A stretch of DNA of 64,000 nucleotides from Octopus sinensis (GCF_006345805.1 NC_043012.1:50964001-51028000), one strand, 5' to 3'. Counted from the first letter of the stretch, positions 12,950 through 27,143 are shown. A program made the numbers and translations. The notes: a model not told the origin generated them from the sequence alone.

Positions 12950-14080
12950 TTCTCGAGTAGAGAAGGATTTTGTTAATAATGTAGAAGAAACGCTAAATCC
13001 ATTGTGACTGGCGTGCTGGCGGCGAGAGTGAACCTTGACCGATTCTTCAATGCTATACACGATGATTTAATAATCAGAGCTTGAGCGCGTGATCTAAGGG
13101 GGACAAAAGGCGATTGGTGAGCCGATTGGCTAGAGCTAATGCGGCAACGAGTCTCAGTTCGCTCTTTGACGGATCGGTTGAGGCAGCTGCTTTTCAGTTC
13201 CAAGCACATATACATGGGTTTCAAATGGTACTTCACACAACTGATGGAAGTGGAGTGTGAACTTGAGACAGGAATAGACTTGACTGCTTACCTAGTTGAC
13301 CTTCTACAGCTCTCGGCCCGTGATGCGGAATTCCGTGAAAAGCTGATGAGATCTGACCAAATACGTGGAGCAATATCTAGCGGCACGATGTAGTATTTGC
13401 AGGGGCTGGATGGACGGCCCAACAATCTTTATTATCATATGCCAAATTTGCTCGTTGGACTCAGATCTACTGCAACTGAGAGCTCAGCGGAAATATCTCC
13501 AGTCTTGCTAGTGAGGTTTTCGATGCTGATCAGGAAGGACTCGAAAAGTGGCGGTGGCGGTGGGGGTATTTTAACAACTTCAAGCCCATGATGCCGCCAG
13601 ATGTAAAGTAGAAAATTTCGTCATGATGCTATCAACATGGGAGGCGTTTGTCATCAATAGTCTTTTAGGTGAGGTAGACACATGTGCTATACCAAACAAA
13701 TATGTCCACGATAAACTCTATCTCTCTTCATCAATTAAATAGTGGGCCGGTAAAGAACAAGGCATATACGGGTCTGTCACCAATTTAGATCAGTCGGAAG
13801 CATTTGATAGGGTCGACCATCAACATTTGATAGTTGTCCTGGTTTCGAAATTGTATTCAGTAACTTGATTTATGCAACGTGCAGCGATATTTTCTGGGGT
13901 TCGGAATAACGGGCAACTTATTGGGACTGTTTAGTATCGGGCGCTTGGTCCATCTCTCCACTTCTATACGTACTGCCTTTAGAACCACTATTGAAGAAGT
14001 TCTATATGGAATCCACCGAGAACAAGGACATCTCCGTAATAGAGTCAGATGCGAAAATCATCGAGAACATCGGTCTGGCT
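12950..14080 (+). mobile_element. Second, more decayed Tx1/L1 ORF2 fragment
   Basis: NLDQSEAFDRVDHQHL at about 13780-13830 and SPLLYVLPLEPLLKK at about 13955-14000. Many stops and deletions. Confidence 0.75.
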
Positions 14081-15789
14081 CATTTTCAAGGATTACAGTT
14101 CATCTTTCACGAAGCCGGAAGCCCACAACCTTGAAGCAAATGTGTCTTATCCTCCGTGGTGGATTGGCAAATTGGCAGAATGCTTCCGAAAAAATTATGT
14201 TTCTACTAACATCCTTTTACGTTCTCCCGCCTACGCCTCTTTCAAAGAAATCATTTCCCTTTATTTGATGTGAAAAATCATTTTTTTAAAATACTAATGT
14301 CGATTTATTTGATTATTAACGTCAAATATGCTTGTATTTTATGCGTAGTTTAAAAATCATTCATCTCCGGGATAACATCTCTTCATTGAAATTGAATTCA
14401 TCTAGAGATGAATTTGAGAAAATAAATACCGGTATTGAATTAGTTAAGATTTATACGAACAAACTACAGAAATAGCCGTGAGACAAACAGCAGAAAATCA
14501 ATAAGTATTTATTTATTTCACAAAATGTTGTTTACACGTTTTATTCTATAACTAAAATAATTTGTCTCATCAAGTTATTTAAACAACATTTATAATTTAT
14601 AATTTTATCAATATTGCATAAGTTTAATTCTTGATATTTTCGTGTGTTTTTTTTTTTTTATTTCCGAAGACTTATGAAAATGTTCCTCTTTATTCTTATT
14701 TTTAATGCAAGTTTTATTGTTAATGAATCACTGCTAATAATTTTATTTAGCGAAGATATTTCGCGCTGAAATTCATTCATTAAATTGATTGTAATAAAAA
14801 ATAGAAAAAGTGACAACGTTGTAGAAACTATTAATTTTGAAATGAATATATTCTTGTATAGCATTTTCGCTTAGTTGGCCTCATCACATATTTATTACTC
14901 TATTTTCGGAACAAAATAGCTTCTCTTTGAATTGTAAATATTCGAAACATTTTTTCTCTTTCTGTTCTTCTTTTACTAAAAGCAATGAACAAAAAACATT
15001 TGCGAGTAATACTTCTAAAAATTATTTATTGGTCAATTGGATGTTATGTGTCGTTCTTTTAGATAAAATGCAAAACAAAATTCAAAGAACTTTATTTTGT
15101 TGCTTTCTCGTTGTCACATTTTTCTCCTCCTTTTCTAATGATAAAAGCTTTCTTTTTCAACTGTAGCTTATTTCTACAGTAGTTTATCGAATGGTATATG
15201 TTACCTTTCTTATATCCATTAACGTATTGACAAGTTTAACCTGCTCCAAATACCCCCATGAACATTAGAACTTTTAGAAGAAGAAATTCTTTAATGATAT
15301 TAAATGTAGTAAGTACGTCTAGTTATTTATAGAATCACATCAAATTCGTAATCATAGAGCTAATATCCCGTAAAAAATGTCCTCGTATTTTCCCCAGACA
15401 TCAATACATTTCACTATATACTACATGACTAATGCAACACATTAAAACAATAAAGTGCTACAACCAAGATATCGTTTCTTTTTCTCTTTCTTCTCGTCAA
15501 CTGCTATAATAAACTCTGATATCCATTATCATCAATGCATTAGCACAATACGTTTTTTTAATTTTTGCAGCTTCACTCACAAGTATTCTCCTTCGCATCA
15601 ACTGATGTTGTTCTGTTGAACTGGATGAATTTTTATGGTAACATCTTTCAGACCAAAAAGTATCAACATATGTTTACAATGATTATCTAACTTAATATTT
15701 AATATCTTTTATCTTTTTTTTTTACTATTGGCACAAAGCGTGAAATTTGGAGGGAGGGAAATATTGGAGGAAGGGGAATATTCGATTAC

Positions 15790-15920
15790 ATCGAAACCAA
15801 TTCATGACTGGTTTTATCGACCCTGACAGAATTAAAAACAAAGTCGATATGGGCGGAATTTGAACTCAAAAAGTAAAAACGGATGAAATGCTGCTAAGCA
15901 TTTTGTTCGGTGTCCCGCCT
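15790..15920 (-). mobile_element. SINE alpha, degenerate
   Basis: tcgattacatcga...ttttatcgaccc...caaagtcga..ggcggaatttgaactc. Confidence 0.65.
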
Positions 15921-18900
15921 CACCACCCTAACTTAGAACTTTGTATCTTCGTATATGACCACCTTCTTTCACACTCAGTAGTGAAGTTAATTGTCGTAAA
16001 TGATGACGGATGATGTTTGTTATAATATATTATTCATTATGTATTTATAAATAGGATCAATACATACCTCTATAAATTTATTTTATTTTCGTATCCGTGT
16101 AACATAAGTAAGAAAATGTTTTAACACTGGAAAGCATCCGCATACACAATGTCCGCATCGTTACTATGGCTGAAGTGCTTCATGTTGTTCTACATTAAAG
16201 CTTGAGACGATTGGTTATATGTTTACAGTGGTTGTATCAGTTAAAAAGAAATAGGAAATACTTCGAAAATAATGCATACCAGTATGGATTAGAATTGAAT
16301 ATAAGAAACGTGATATTGGGGATTAACAGAAGAGTAGTATCAAGAATAATCAATGTGGAACAGATACAGAATAAGATAAACGTTCAGAATGTATAGAGAA
16401 ATACTATATCTTTAGTACTCTACTCAAAACGTGACGTTCTTAGGATTCTCAAGGCAACTATTACTCTAATAACTTCGTAGATAGTTACGTATGTGACACA
16501 TGAGGTACTATTTTAAGCTAGTTACATGAAATATTCTTTATAAAGACAGAGTAAATTTAGTGACACATTATTAAAAGAAATCTCTATTCCTGAAGACAGC
16601 AGTACATGAAATCTAGAGTAATAAAACTTGGTAGAATTTATAGCGACATTTTCAGGGTGGAATCGATAAACAAATGATGGATGACGATAATTTTTGTAAG
16701 TAAAATATTGCAGCTTAAATGCAGAACCGTAAGCGGCAGTTTAACATGTAATTATAAAGATGTTATGAGCAAATTCCAATGTCACGTTGATGTACACTTC
16801 AGCGCTGGGAAGATATCATAAAAAACGTCCTTTTGAATGTAATAATGATATTTAATAGATTCAACATATTTTTAAAAGGTGTTAAGAATTACAGTGCTGC
16901 AAGACTTACTGAAGATGGATAAGAATTGCATTTAGCTTATTGCTTCATGTCTGTGTCTTATGATGCTATTTCTATAACCGCAAATTTTAGGATATTTTCT
17001 CTCAAAAATTTTAAGGTTATTTATGCTATTTTATCTTGAAGCGAATGTAAATCATTTGTAAAATGTCTGCTATCTAAACGATTTTCTATAAGAAAACATA
17101 GTGTAATCCTTAGTTTTCGAATAAAATATTGAAATCGCACCTGGGTTGTTTGCAAACGACATATTATCCAGTCTCTCCGGGGTTATGTTCACTCAGAAAG
17201 AAGAAATATATATTAGGATGACATAGCATATAATGATTTGAGTGTATGTCTGCATACATTTACTATCATCATATAAAAGCACTGAAGGATCAGAGAATAT
17301 TACATTGTGCAAAGTATATGTGTGTTTTGTGTGTGTGAATGTTTGCGCGTCTTTGTGCTTGTGTTTGCGTGTATGTATATACGTTGATGTTTGAATAAAT
17401 GCCTGAAACGTACATGTATATTACACACATGTACATACATGCATGCGCATACTGATTTCTTTAGAGAAATATCACATTTTCAAAATTAATTTAAACGACA
17501 AGTGAATGTAATTGTATTTTCTCTCCATCTTTATATTATATAAATCTTTGAAGAATACACTGTGAAACATAGCTACTCTTGAAATATATAATGATAGCTA
17601 AATGCATTACTTTAGTAGATGTCAATATTAATTAAACTCTTGAAATATCTAAGAAACCTTTAACTCTATATTTCCATTTCTTCATAAAAAATAATAAGGA
17701 TTCCCAACATTTTTGACCCAGCTGCAAAATGGAAGATTTTTCTCTAAACAAACTTCATTAAATATAAAAGGCAGCGATTTATAAATTCCATATAAGGTGT
17801 AGCATACAAATTGGGAACTATTAATTTTAGTCACATTTATTTCTGTTAATGTATGTCTTTTGTTTTAAGTAAATTAAGAATTTCTTGAAATATCCTGCAT
17901 CTAGTGAAAGAAATGTAATGTGAAAATTTAATGAGAATATTCCAACGAATCTTAATACTGTGCAGGCTTTTAATATTCGATTCTGCTGAAGTAAAAATTA
18001 TTTAATTAACGATCCACCATTAACACAAAGAATAAGTAACATAAAATAGTAAACTTCTTCACTACCTCGCTCCAGATATTTATATCTATCACTATTAGTT
18101 AGATTAATCTCTATCTTTTTTCGCTATGCGTACGCTTTATTTTTGCAGTGAAAATACTCGAGTATTGCTAAATATTTTAATCTCTATTTTAGAATATGAA
18201 GCACGAACTATAGTTTAAAATGCAGATGTGCCTCTTCACACAAGATAAACAAGAAGAACGCAAATTATTTCCATGTAAGAGGAACATTTTGCTCTTTCTC
18301 CGAGTCTCAAGTGGAAATGCCCTATCTAATAAACAATGCTGAAGAACAATACCAAAGAACAAAGCCAGAATTAAGATTTAAATTACATCTTTATTTCCTA
18401 CTATTTTATTCCTTGCACGAAGTCAAGTCATAATTTCTCGGGATGAACTTTATTAAAATCGATTATTTGGTGCAGAATATTTCCATGTTCTGAAATTAAA
18501 AGAAAAAAGTATAAAATTAAACATATTTGGTATGATGCAATGGTAGAATAGTTAAGCCTATTGAGCTTTTTATTTTACGTAACATTGAGCTAGCATCTTC
18601 GTTCAAAGAGTTCAGTATGTGACACCGGGTTAAGAAACTCAACCCATAAGTTAAAATCGTGCAAATTCACTGTGCTTCAATAGCCTTCTAATCTACAAAT
18701 AGTCAAAAACACAATAATACTATTTACAACAAATATATTTCAGTGAAATCAATAATGACTCACTGACTGGAGAGATATAAGTTCAAATTGTCTCTAATGT
18801 GTTTCGTTCGTTAAAGACTACATTTATGACTAAAGTTATGACTAAAGTTAATGTTGTCTCAGTAACTGAGATATATGAAACGACATATGACATAGCTGCC

Positions 18901-20204
18901 AATAAAGTGCTATTAGGAAAAAAGGTTTATCTCTGAAATGCTTTTGAACCTTGCAATAAGACTTTAATACTATATATATTGAGGTTTCTTTCGAACTCTA
19001 CTGACTCAGACGTGATGAAAATCTGACTGCATAATAAATTTGACATATGCATGTCAACTGTTGCAACCTGTATCGTGACAACACGAGGAATTTGAACGGG
19101 AGGAATCCTAAACCACCCTTTGTACAACTGTAACGACCTTGGTATCTATTGTTTATCTCTAGTAAAAAAACCATTGTGAAAAAGTTGTTTATCAGCTAGA
19201 TAACATTCGACTTTCAATGTATGGTGTTCAACATTGCGACGCTCTCAGAGAGGATGCAAACCGGAACCACAACATTGGACGCGCGCCATGTGAATGAAAC
19301 AAGTTGCCCAAGTTTACGAACAATTCGCAATGAAGAATTAAAAATATAATATCTTTTCGGTCAGGTCATTGTCTCGTGTTAGATGCGAAAAAAATATTCA
19401 CTTTTCTTATCCTTTATTTATTGTCAAGTCTGCTGCTTGGAAGTTTTGCCAGTTTTTGGTGACATAAATGTCTGCAACATCATAATACCTTTTATTCTTA
19501 ATGGTCTTTTCTTTCGCAAAAAGCAAATTTGGTAATGATATAACACATTGAAAGCGTATAAATTGCCATAAAAGAAGCTGACTAGCTCGCCTGACTACGT
19601 ACAATGATGTGGTTATAAATATATCGAAAGACCATTATCATCATGCTGATGTTACAAATACAGAATCTATTAATTTTACGCATAAATATTTCATAGTACT
19701 AAGTTTACAAAAGACATTTCCAATTTTGCTGTGAAATCGCAGTCAAAATATTCCAAAATGATCAAATTGTTTATACATTCACCGCACCAAAACAAAATCA
19801 AGGAATAAACTTGTGAAAATGATTTGGTTCGCAAGGTAAATTTAGGTAAACACATTCTAATGCACCGTCTCTTATAGAAGGATACTCACGAGGCGTAAGT
19901 TAAATAGGAGCTGCTCCTATTCTTCCAATACACTGAGACATATAAGCCCATTCTAAATTAATGCCTACAATTTTACATAGAATGAGGAAAACATTCGGCG
20001 AATCATACAAAGCCAAGTCGGTTCCATATAAGACTGAAATCGTCTGAATCATGCTTAATCATATACTAGAGAAACATGTTTTGTTGTGTGTCCGAATGAG
20101 CGCAAGTTTTACAAATAATTCACGTTTATCATTCATCAACGATTCAGACAATACAGAAAAGACCTGGGTAGATTTTAAAACACGGCATTATTCAATATCA
20201 TATC

Positions 20205-20385
20205 AAGGTGGTTGACGTTTCTGCAGCATGCTCGCAGAAAAGTTAACACACCGACCAAAATTCTTGGTGGCATTTCGTCCATCTTTATGCTCTGATTCCA
20301 AATTCCGCCGAGGTCGACTTTGCCTTCTATCCTCTCGGGTCGGTAAAATAGGTACCAGTTGAGCACTCTGGTTGAACTTGCTAAA
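20205..20385 (+). mobile_element. SINE alpha, degenerate
   Basis: caaattccgccgaggtcgactttgccttctatcctctcgggtcggtaaaataggtaccagt. Confidence 0.75.
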
Positions 20386-21629
20386 AGTTGAAACCAATAT
20401 TCTTTATTATACAACATATACTTGATATACCAAAGGATTATAGATAAGGATATGTATGCTTGATATACCAAAGGATTAGAGATATGGATCGCAGAAATGA
20501 AAACCAGCTTGAAAGTGTAAACTCCATGAGAAACATTTAATTGCTCTTTTGATAAATATTTGAGAGCGAAGTGAAATAGGCAACGTCTGAGCTACACACC
20601 TAACTATAAACCCACCTAACTTTGACAGACACCTTCTCGTGTTTCTGTCTTTCGTTTCATCTTCTGTTTCTTCCCCACACCTTTAACTAAAACACATTTA
20701 TTTTTTCCTTCCTTTCTGCATCGTTCTCCCACACATGCTTATATCCAGGAACTGACATACATTCATGCACGGTGACAGAATTTTTCGCGATTTGTTAAAT
20801 TATATACATTCAATCAACGTTTAGAAACCTTTGAGTTTAGCATTGCATGCATTGATTACTTTCATTCATAGTATTATTTACTCAGCATCCTCGTTACTAC
20901 TAAACTTTAATTGTATTTTGTCTGATTTTTTTTTATGCGAGGCTTGTTTATGATTTGTATTTTTATATCTGTGCATGTGTGTAGTGCTGTGTGCATTGTA
21001 TATGGGATGATGTTTGTGGTTCAATTATTGTGTGTATAAATTTTTTCTGGATTTTTTTAGTTTATGAGGCGATGAATAGATGCCTCACTTTTTGTAAGTC
21101 CAAAAGTTGAAGAAAGTATACTGGTGTCGTCAGTGTGATACGCTTGTTTAGTGGTTGTTTTCAGAATGTTGTACATCTCTGTGCAGATGTGTGAATAATT
21201 ATTTTATGGAAGTGAGCAGTCTATTATTTGGCATTTTTTGTTTTTCAATTTTTGCAATGAAGTTTCCTAGTCACAGGCAGTATTTCGTTTATATATATAA
21301 ATATATACATATATATATAATGTACTCATCCGTGATAGAAAATACAACAAAAATGTAGCCTTGTGGTAAGAGATAAATAATATTTATTTGAAGGTCATAA
21401 CACATGTATTAAAGCATTACTAACAGTTTCATAAGTTGAGAAAACTCAAGCATAATCTTCAGGCGAAATCTGCATATAGCGAACTGATCAAATTGAATAA
21501 TAGAAGAAATGCGAAAAACATGAGAAGGCAGCGTATAGAAAACGCAGAGAGTAAAAAACGGTGTTCTGTGAAATTATCATGTAGCTGCTTCTCTACTACG
21601 AAGAGTATCATTATACGTGGCCAATACAA

Positions 21630-22030
21630 TGAGCTTGAATCCAGTGGCAACTGTCGCGATCCTGTGCACTTGGCCAACAATGCTTGACTAAATCTATAAT
21701 ATAAAAGGCTGAGACTATATTGGATTATGTGAAGGTGAATTTGAAAATCGCTTTAAGTATAACATAGCCTCCTTCCAACATAGAGACAAAAGTAAAGCTA
21801 CTAAGTTGCCTAGCTATGTATGGACTTTGAAAGATAACTAAAGACCTCCTATGATTAAATGGGAAGTAACTGAGAAATCCATACCTAATATGAATGGATT
21901 GAATACATGTAGACGCTGTTTGACTGAGAGAGTAGAGATCCTGTTCAAATTTAAGATCCCTAACTCTGTATTGAACACCAGGTCAGAAAGTTTCAGTGAG
22001 TACATGCATATATATTTTGAAGAATTGGAA
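21630..22030 (+). mobile_element. Penelope-like element GIY-YIG endonuclease relic
   Basis: GNCRDP..(C)LANQCLTKSII..YIGLCEGEF.NRF..NIASFQH..KATKLPSYVWTLK..IKWEV..CRRCLTER..LNTRSE. The Cys-rich linker, GIY-YIG and CxxCLxEK/LNxRSE motifs are typical of PLEs. Stops and frameshifts are present. Confidence 0.8.
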
Positions 22031-22274
22031 AATTCCGCCTATTCCTGACTGATTTGATATCCTTCCAGCCTTATCATTTAAAGTCTAAGGAGGATACCTC
22101 TTTTAACTCCTTCCTTTATGTGTTTTACATTTTAGTTTCTGGTTTTCGTTTCTCGTTTTCCGTTTTTTACTATTTGCATTTTGTATATGCTGGCTTCTCA
22201 ATCCTTTCCCGTTTCTTCTATTATTCAATTTCTTTATATGAGTAGGATATGTAGTTTGTGGAGCTTTAAGCTTC

Positions 22275-22392
22275 TATTGGAGCTTTAGGTGTTTTCGCTC
22301 AATAAACACTCACAACGCCTGGTCTGGGAATCGAAACCGCGATCTTACAATCGCGAGTCCGCTGCTCTAACCACTTGGACATTGCGCCTCCA
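22275..22392 (-). mobile_element. tRNA-derived SINE head (family gamma), 3'-truncated
   Basis: The minus strand reads GGAGGCGCAATGTCCAAGTGGTTAGAGC...GGTTTCGATTCCC, with A- and B-box-like motifs and no complete cloverleaf. Related to 56920-57170. Confidence 0.75.
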
Positions 22393-22561
22393 ATTGTATA
22401 TATATATATATAATTTATATATAGAGAGGGCATTATACATACATGCCAGAAGGCATTATACATAAATGCCACACGCTAAGAGGGACAATTAGTCATTTCT
22501 ACCAAAAATATTACTAATCCCACCGAATGCAATTTTTCAAAGTAAGACATTTAAAAAATAT

Positions 22562-22609
22562 AGACCTGTATCACAGTGATTTCATACTTACGTATTCATC
22601 AGCAGGCCT
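22562..22609 (-). ncRNA. Type I hammerhead ribozyme (element A, minus-strand copy)
   Basis: Exact reverse complement of 23283-23330. Confidence 0.88.
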
Positions 22610-23282
22610 GAATGTATTATAAATAAACAACGACCCTGCCCCGCTTAAGCCGATCAGCTAACTGATCAACATCAACGAAGCACATGGGTGAGTTTACATA
22701 TATTACATCCGGATAAATGGCAAACTTTTACGAATTGCATTTCGGGAGAGGAAAAGTTTTTTCGGAATAAAAATTTAGCAATTAAGGACAACTACTTAAT
22801 AAGGAAAACTTAACAAGAAATTGTCAGGTAGATAGCGTGAAAACCTCATAAGAGAAAAAATTTCGAAAATAATTATTTCTTATTGAACATATTAATTTAT
22901 ATATAGAGGGCATTATACATACATGCCAGAAGGCATTATACATAAATGCCACACGCTAAGAGGGACAATTAGTCATTTCTACCAAAAATATTACTAATCC
23001 CACCGAATGCAATTTTTCAAAGTAAGACATTTAAAAAATATAGACCTGTCTCACAGGTATCTACCTGACAATTTCTTGTTAAGTTTTCCTTATTAAGTAG
23101 TTGTCCTTAATTGCTAAATTTTTATTCCGAAAAAACCTTTCCTCTCCCGAAATGCAATTCGTAAAAGTTTGCCATTTATCCGGATGTAATATATGTAAAC
23201 TCACCCATGTGCTTCGTTGATGTTGATCAGTTAGCTGATTGGCTTAAGCGGGGCAGGGTCGTTGTTTATTTATAATACATTC

Positions 23283-23330
23283 AGGCCTGCTGATGAATAC
23301 GTAAGTATGAAATCACTGTGATACAGGTCT
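23283..23330 (+). ncRNA. Type I hammerhead ribozyme (element A, plus-strand copy); predicted cleavage AUA^ after 23323
   Basis: AGGCCUG-CUGAUGA-AUAC GUAA GUAU-GAAA-UCAC U GUGA-UA^CAGGUCU. Helix I is 7 bp (one G-U), helix II is 4 bp with a GUAA loop, helix III is palindromic, and the core is intact. Confidence 0.9.
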
Positions 23331-23594
23331 ATATTTTTTAAATGTCTTACTTTGAAAAATTGCATTCGGTGGGATTAGTAATATTTTTGGTAGAAATGAC
23401 TAATTGTCCCTCTTAGCGTGTGGCATTTATGTATAATGCCTTCTGACATGTATGTATAATGCCCTCTATATATAAATTAATATGTTCAATAAGAAATAAT
23501 TATTTTCGAAATTTTTTCTCTTATGAGGTTTTCACGCTATCTACCTGACAATTTCTTGTTAAGTTTTCCTTATTAAGTAGTTGTCCTTAATTGC

Positions 23595-23625
<31 letters not shown>

Positions 23626-23670
23626 TATATATATTATATATATATATATATCTATATATCTATATATATG

Positions 23671-23813
<143 letters not shown>

Positions 23814-24262
23814 ATATATTTATATGTATATATGTTTGTTTGTGTGTGTGTATGTATGTGTGTCAGTACACATAAATATTCTAGACAAAACTGTCCTACG
23901 AGCAGGAACGTGTAACTCTGAAAAACAGTTTTTGTGGTATTTTTGTTGCTTTTAATAAACTATATATATACATACATACATGCATACATATATTTTTATG
24001 TTTGTGTGTGTGTGTCTGTGTGTATGTATGTATGTATGTATGTATGTATGTATGTATGTATGTATGTATGTATGTATGTATGTATGCATGTATGTATGCA
24101 TGTATGAATGCATGTATGTATGTATATATTAGTTCTATAATAAAAAATAAAATCATTCATGATTTCATCACGTGGTCAGCACGAAAATAAAAAAACTTAT
24201 AGGTAAATTTTGTAAATATTACATTAATAATTATATCCATAATTATAAGAAGGGATCGGGAA

Positions 24263-24293
<31 letters not shown>

Positions 24294-25830
24294 TAGTAAG
24301 GGTTTTGCTGATTTTGGCTACAGTGCAATATTGTATGCAATGGATAATATAGATTTAAAAAATGATATGCTAACTGTGCCTGAAGTGAGGAAAAGAGAAA
24401 GTGTCTTGCTCACCAACGTATGCATTTCGTCTAAAAGACCTCCTGCCTACACTCATAGATGATGCAAATAGATACGATGTTTGACGACTAAAACCGTTTT
24501 ACTCTAATCATCTAATCATATATAAGTGTCTTGTCGGCCATGTATTCTGCATTTTAGCAATTACTAAGATATTATTTTCCTATTTTGATTTGTGCACAAT
24601 ATTTTTACGCTGATAAATTCATAAACTTCACTGTACTTTTCGTCATTCATTTATGTTGTGTATTTTTGATGAGTTGCGAGTAACACGAGGAAAGATATGA
24701 ATTGTCATACTTGCTAAACAAAAATAAGGTATAGAAACATCATGAGACATTTGGCTGCTAATATTTTGCTTGAAAAACAATATTAGTAAAGAATATTTAG
24801 CTTTCCACGAATTAAATTTATTTGGAGTAAGATAACTATATTTTATATAAAGAATGAGAGAGTGACTCATTACTAATCATTGCTAATAAGCCAGAGGACA
24901 TTTCCGAAATATTTCATAAAGTTCATATCTGTAGCATCATTAACACGGCCAATATATGTTCCTATTCCTATGTGGATCACATACGGAGTCTGTAGCGTGT
25001 CAGAAATTGATAAGGATTGAAGCTAGATGGTATGTCATTTTAGTTTGAATATATTTTTTTGTGCGTGTATAAGGGATTTTATGTATACAGTAATGTTGCA
25101 GGAGTTAATGAAGTACTTTCGTGTGCAACTAAAAAACTTCCATAAAAGTCTGTCATTATTAGTTGTTAAATTAATATATCTTGCACGAACGATAAAAAGT
25201 CTGAAATATAATTCATGTAAATCGCTTTTTTGATACATCGTATTCTGAATCCACTTTACTTTTATGTTATCATTCTGCTCTATATACAATTAGATTTTTA
25301 CTATTTTTAACATAAATATTAGAGGGTAATGAAATTTGCGCGCTAATAACTTACCTTGAAATATATTAATGCAATTATTGGATTTGTGTTTTACGAAACA
25401 TAATAATCCCTGCTGTAAGAAGAAAAAAAATTAAATATATAGTCCTCTGAGAACACCACCTTTAAGTAAATGTGATCACTGCAGTCGCCACCATCAACGA
25501 CATCCACGTTGATACTGATGGTGAAAGAATGTGCCAAAAATAATCACAGCTGAGAAATAACTTTAATAATAAATGGAGGAAAAGTTTATAAATAGTCAGT
25601 GAAAAAACATATTGATATTTGCGACGGTTTTGTTCACACGTCAGGGAAATTGTGTGAACATATGAACACAAAAAGTCCCATAAAAACACATACAAAATTA
25701 AATACAGCAACTCACGCACCTATATTAAAATGTGTACAGCTAAGCATACAAAAATACACGTACAAACACAAACAATATCGTGTGTTCATATATATACATA
25801 TATATATGTATATAAATATATGTATATACA

Positions 25831-25879
<49 letters not shown>

Positions 25880-25915
25880 GCTGTATTCATATAAATATAT
25901 GTATATACATATATG

Positions 25916-26000
<85 letters not shown>

Positions 26001-27110
26001 GCTGTATTCAATTCTCACATAGACATAATTGATCACAATTCATGAAAAAAATAATGAAACATGACCAGAAGTTGACTTGTCTTTTCTGTTAGGATTTTTG
26101 CTTTTCATCCATAATCGATGGTGTTGACTGAGGAAAAAAAATAATCACTATATCCCAAATATTCCCGGAATAAAAACAGGTCCCCAGTGATTGACTTGTT
26201 AGAGATGGTTTATTTTGGAAAAGCGATTGACCGAAAGAACACAACAGACCATTTCACAATCTCCTGACAGTTTTCAAACAAGCGCCGTCTACGTGTTCAT
26301 TTCGTTGGAGCTTATGCTATTCAGCAGATCCGCATCTTCTTTGCTTGAATGCTACGTTATTCCTTTTGTATTTTTTTCCCTATCTTTCACATACTATTTC
26401 TATGTCTGTCACTCTTCGTTTGTTTTTTTTCCTCTTCTCTATTTCTCTATGATTATTTGCTCACTGTGTGTGATATTTTTCAGCTATATAGTAAAATGAT
26501 GTAAATATCTATGAAAAATAATGTCGTATAGAACACCATAACAATATTGATTTGATATGTCTGTTAATCATTTACAGTGAAAAACAATTTCGACCAGATT
26601 TCACTTCGTTTTTTTGGCTTTCGGACTGAAATAGGATTAAACTGTTATGCATCGCTAGACATAGCTCAATCACATTTTGATTAGTTAGGTACAACAAAAA
26701 ATCTCGTTTCCTGAATAGAAACACATGTATGTGTGTGGATGTTTTATAACATTATATTTATATATGCATACATTCAAAGAAACTCACTGTTTCAAAAACA
26801 TCACACATATATAGACATGCGTACATAAATAAATAACATAAATACAGTGGTACATAGGATATTTCAAACAATATCTACCACTATATAATTATCTATCTCT
26901 ATACAGGCTCTCTCACTCACATACACACAAACACTAGCGCGCATACGCACAAACTTACACAATGATATTTTGAGAGAGACAGAGACAGAGAGAAGATAGA
27001 GCGATGGAGAGGCATAGAGAGTGATATACGAGCAATCGTTCATGAACGCATACGTACATACTCAAACATGTGTATGGATTGTTTGAAGTGATATATAGAA
27101 TTTTCTCAAT

Positions 27111-27143
<33 letters not shown>

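Larger units (their letters stand above)
22411..23596. mobile_element. Hammerhead-bearing 480-bp tandem unit (retrozyme or non-autonomous PLE-like): 1.35 units in one orientation joined to 1.12 units inverted
   Basis: The period is exactly 480 (22441 vs 22921; 23058 vs 23538). 22411-22834 is the near-perfect reverse complement of 23058-23479 (about 4 differences). (TA)n flanks both ends, and no ORF is evident. Confidence 0.9.

Noticed and set aside
16583-16625. CTGAAGA...GAAA-TCTAGA hammerhead-like motif
   Set aside because: There is no helix II pairing, no UH after helix III and no helix I partner.
19255-19295. Core promoter (CCGGAA, ATTGG, CGCCAT motifs)
   Set aside because: These are short motifs with no CpG island or downstream exon support.
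22275-22392. tRNA gene (also 57060-57170 and the SINE alpha/beta heads)
   Set aside because: A/B-box-like motifs are present, but there is no complete cloverleaf and the sequence continues into SINE body.
22411-23596. CRISPR-like or DNA-transposon (TIR) reading of the palindrome
   Set aside because: There is no repeat-spacer structure, the context is eukaryotic, and the arms are permuted pieces of a tandem unit rather than fixed TIRs.
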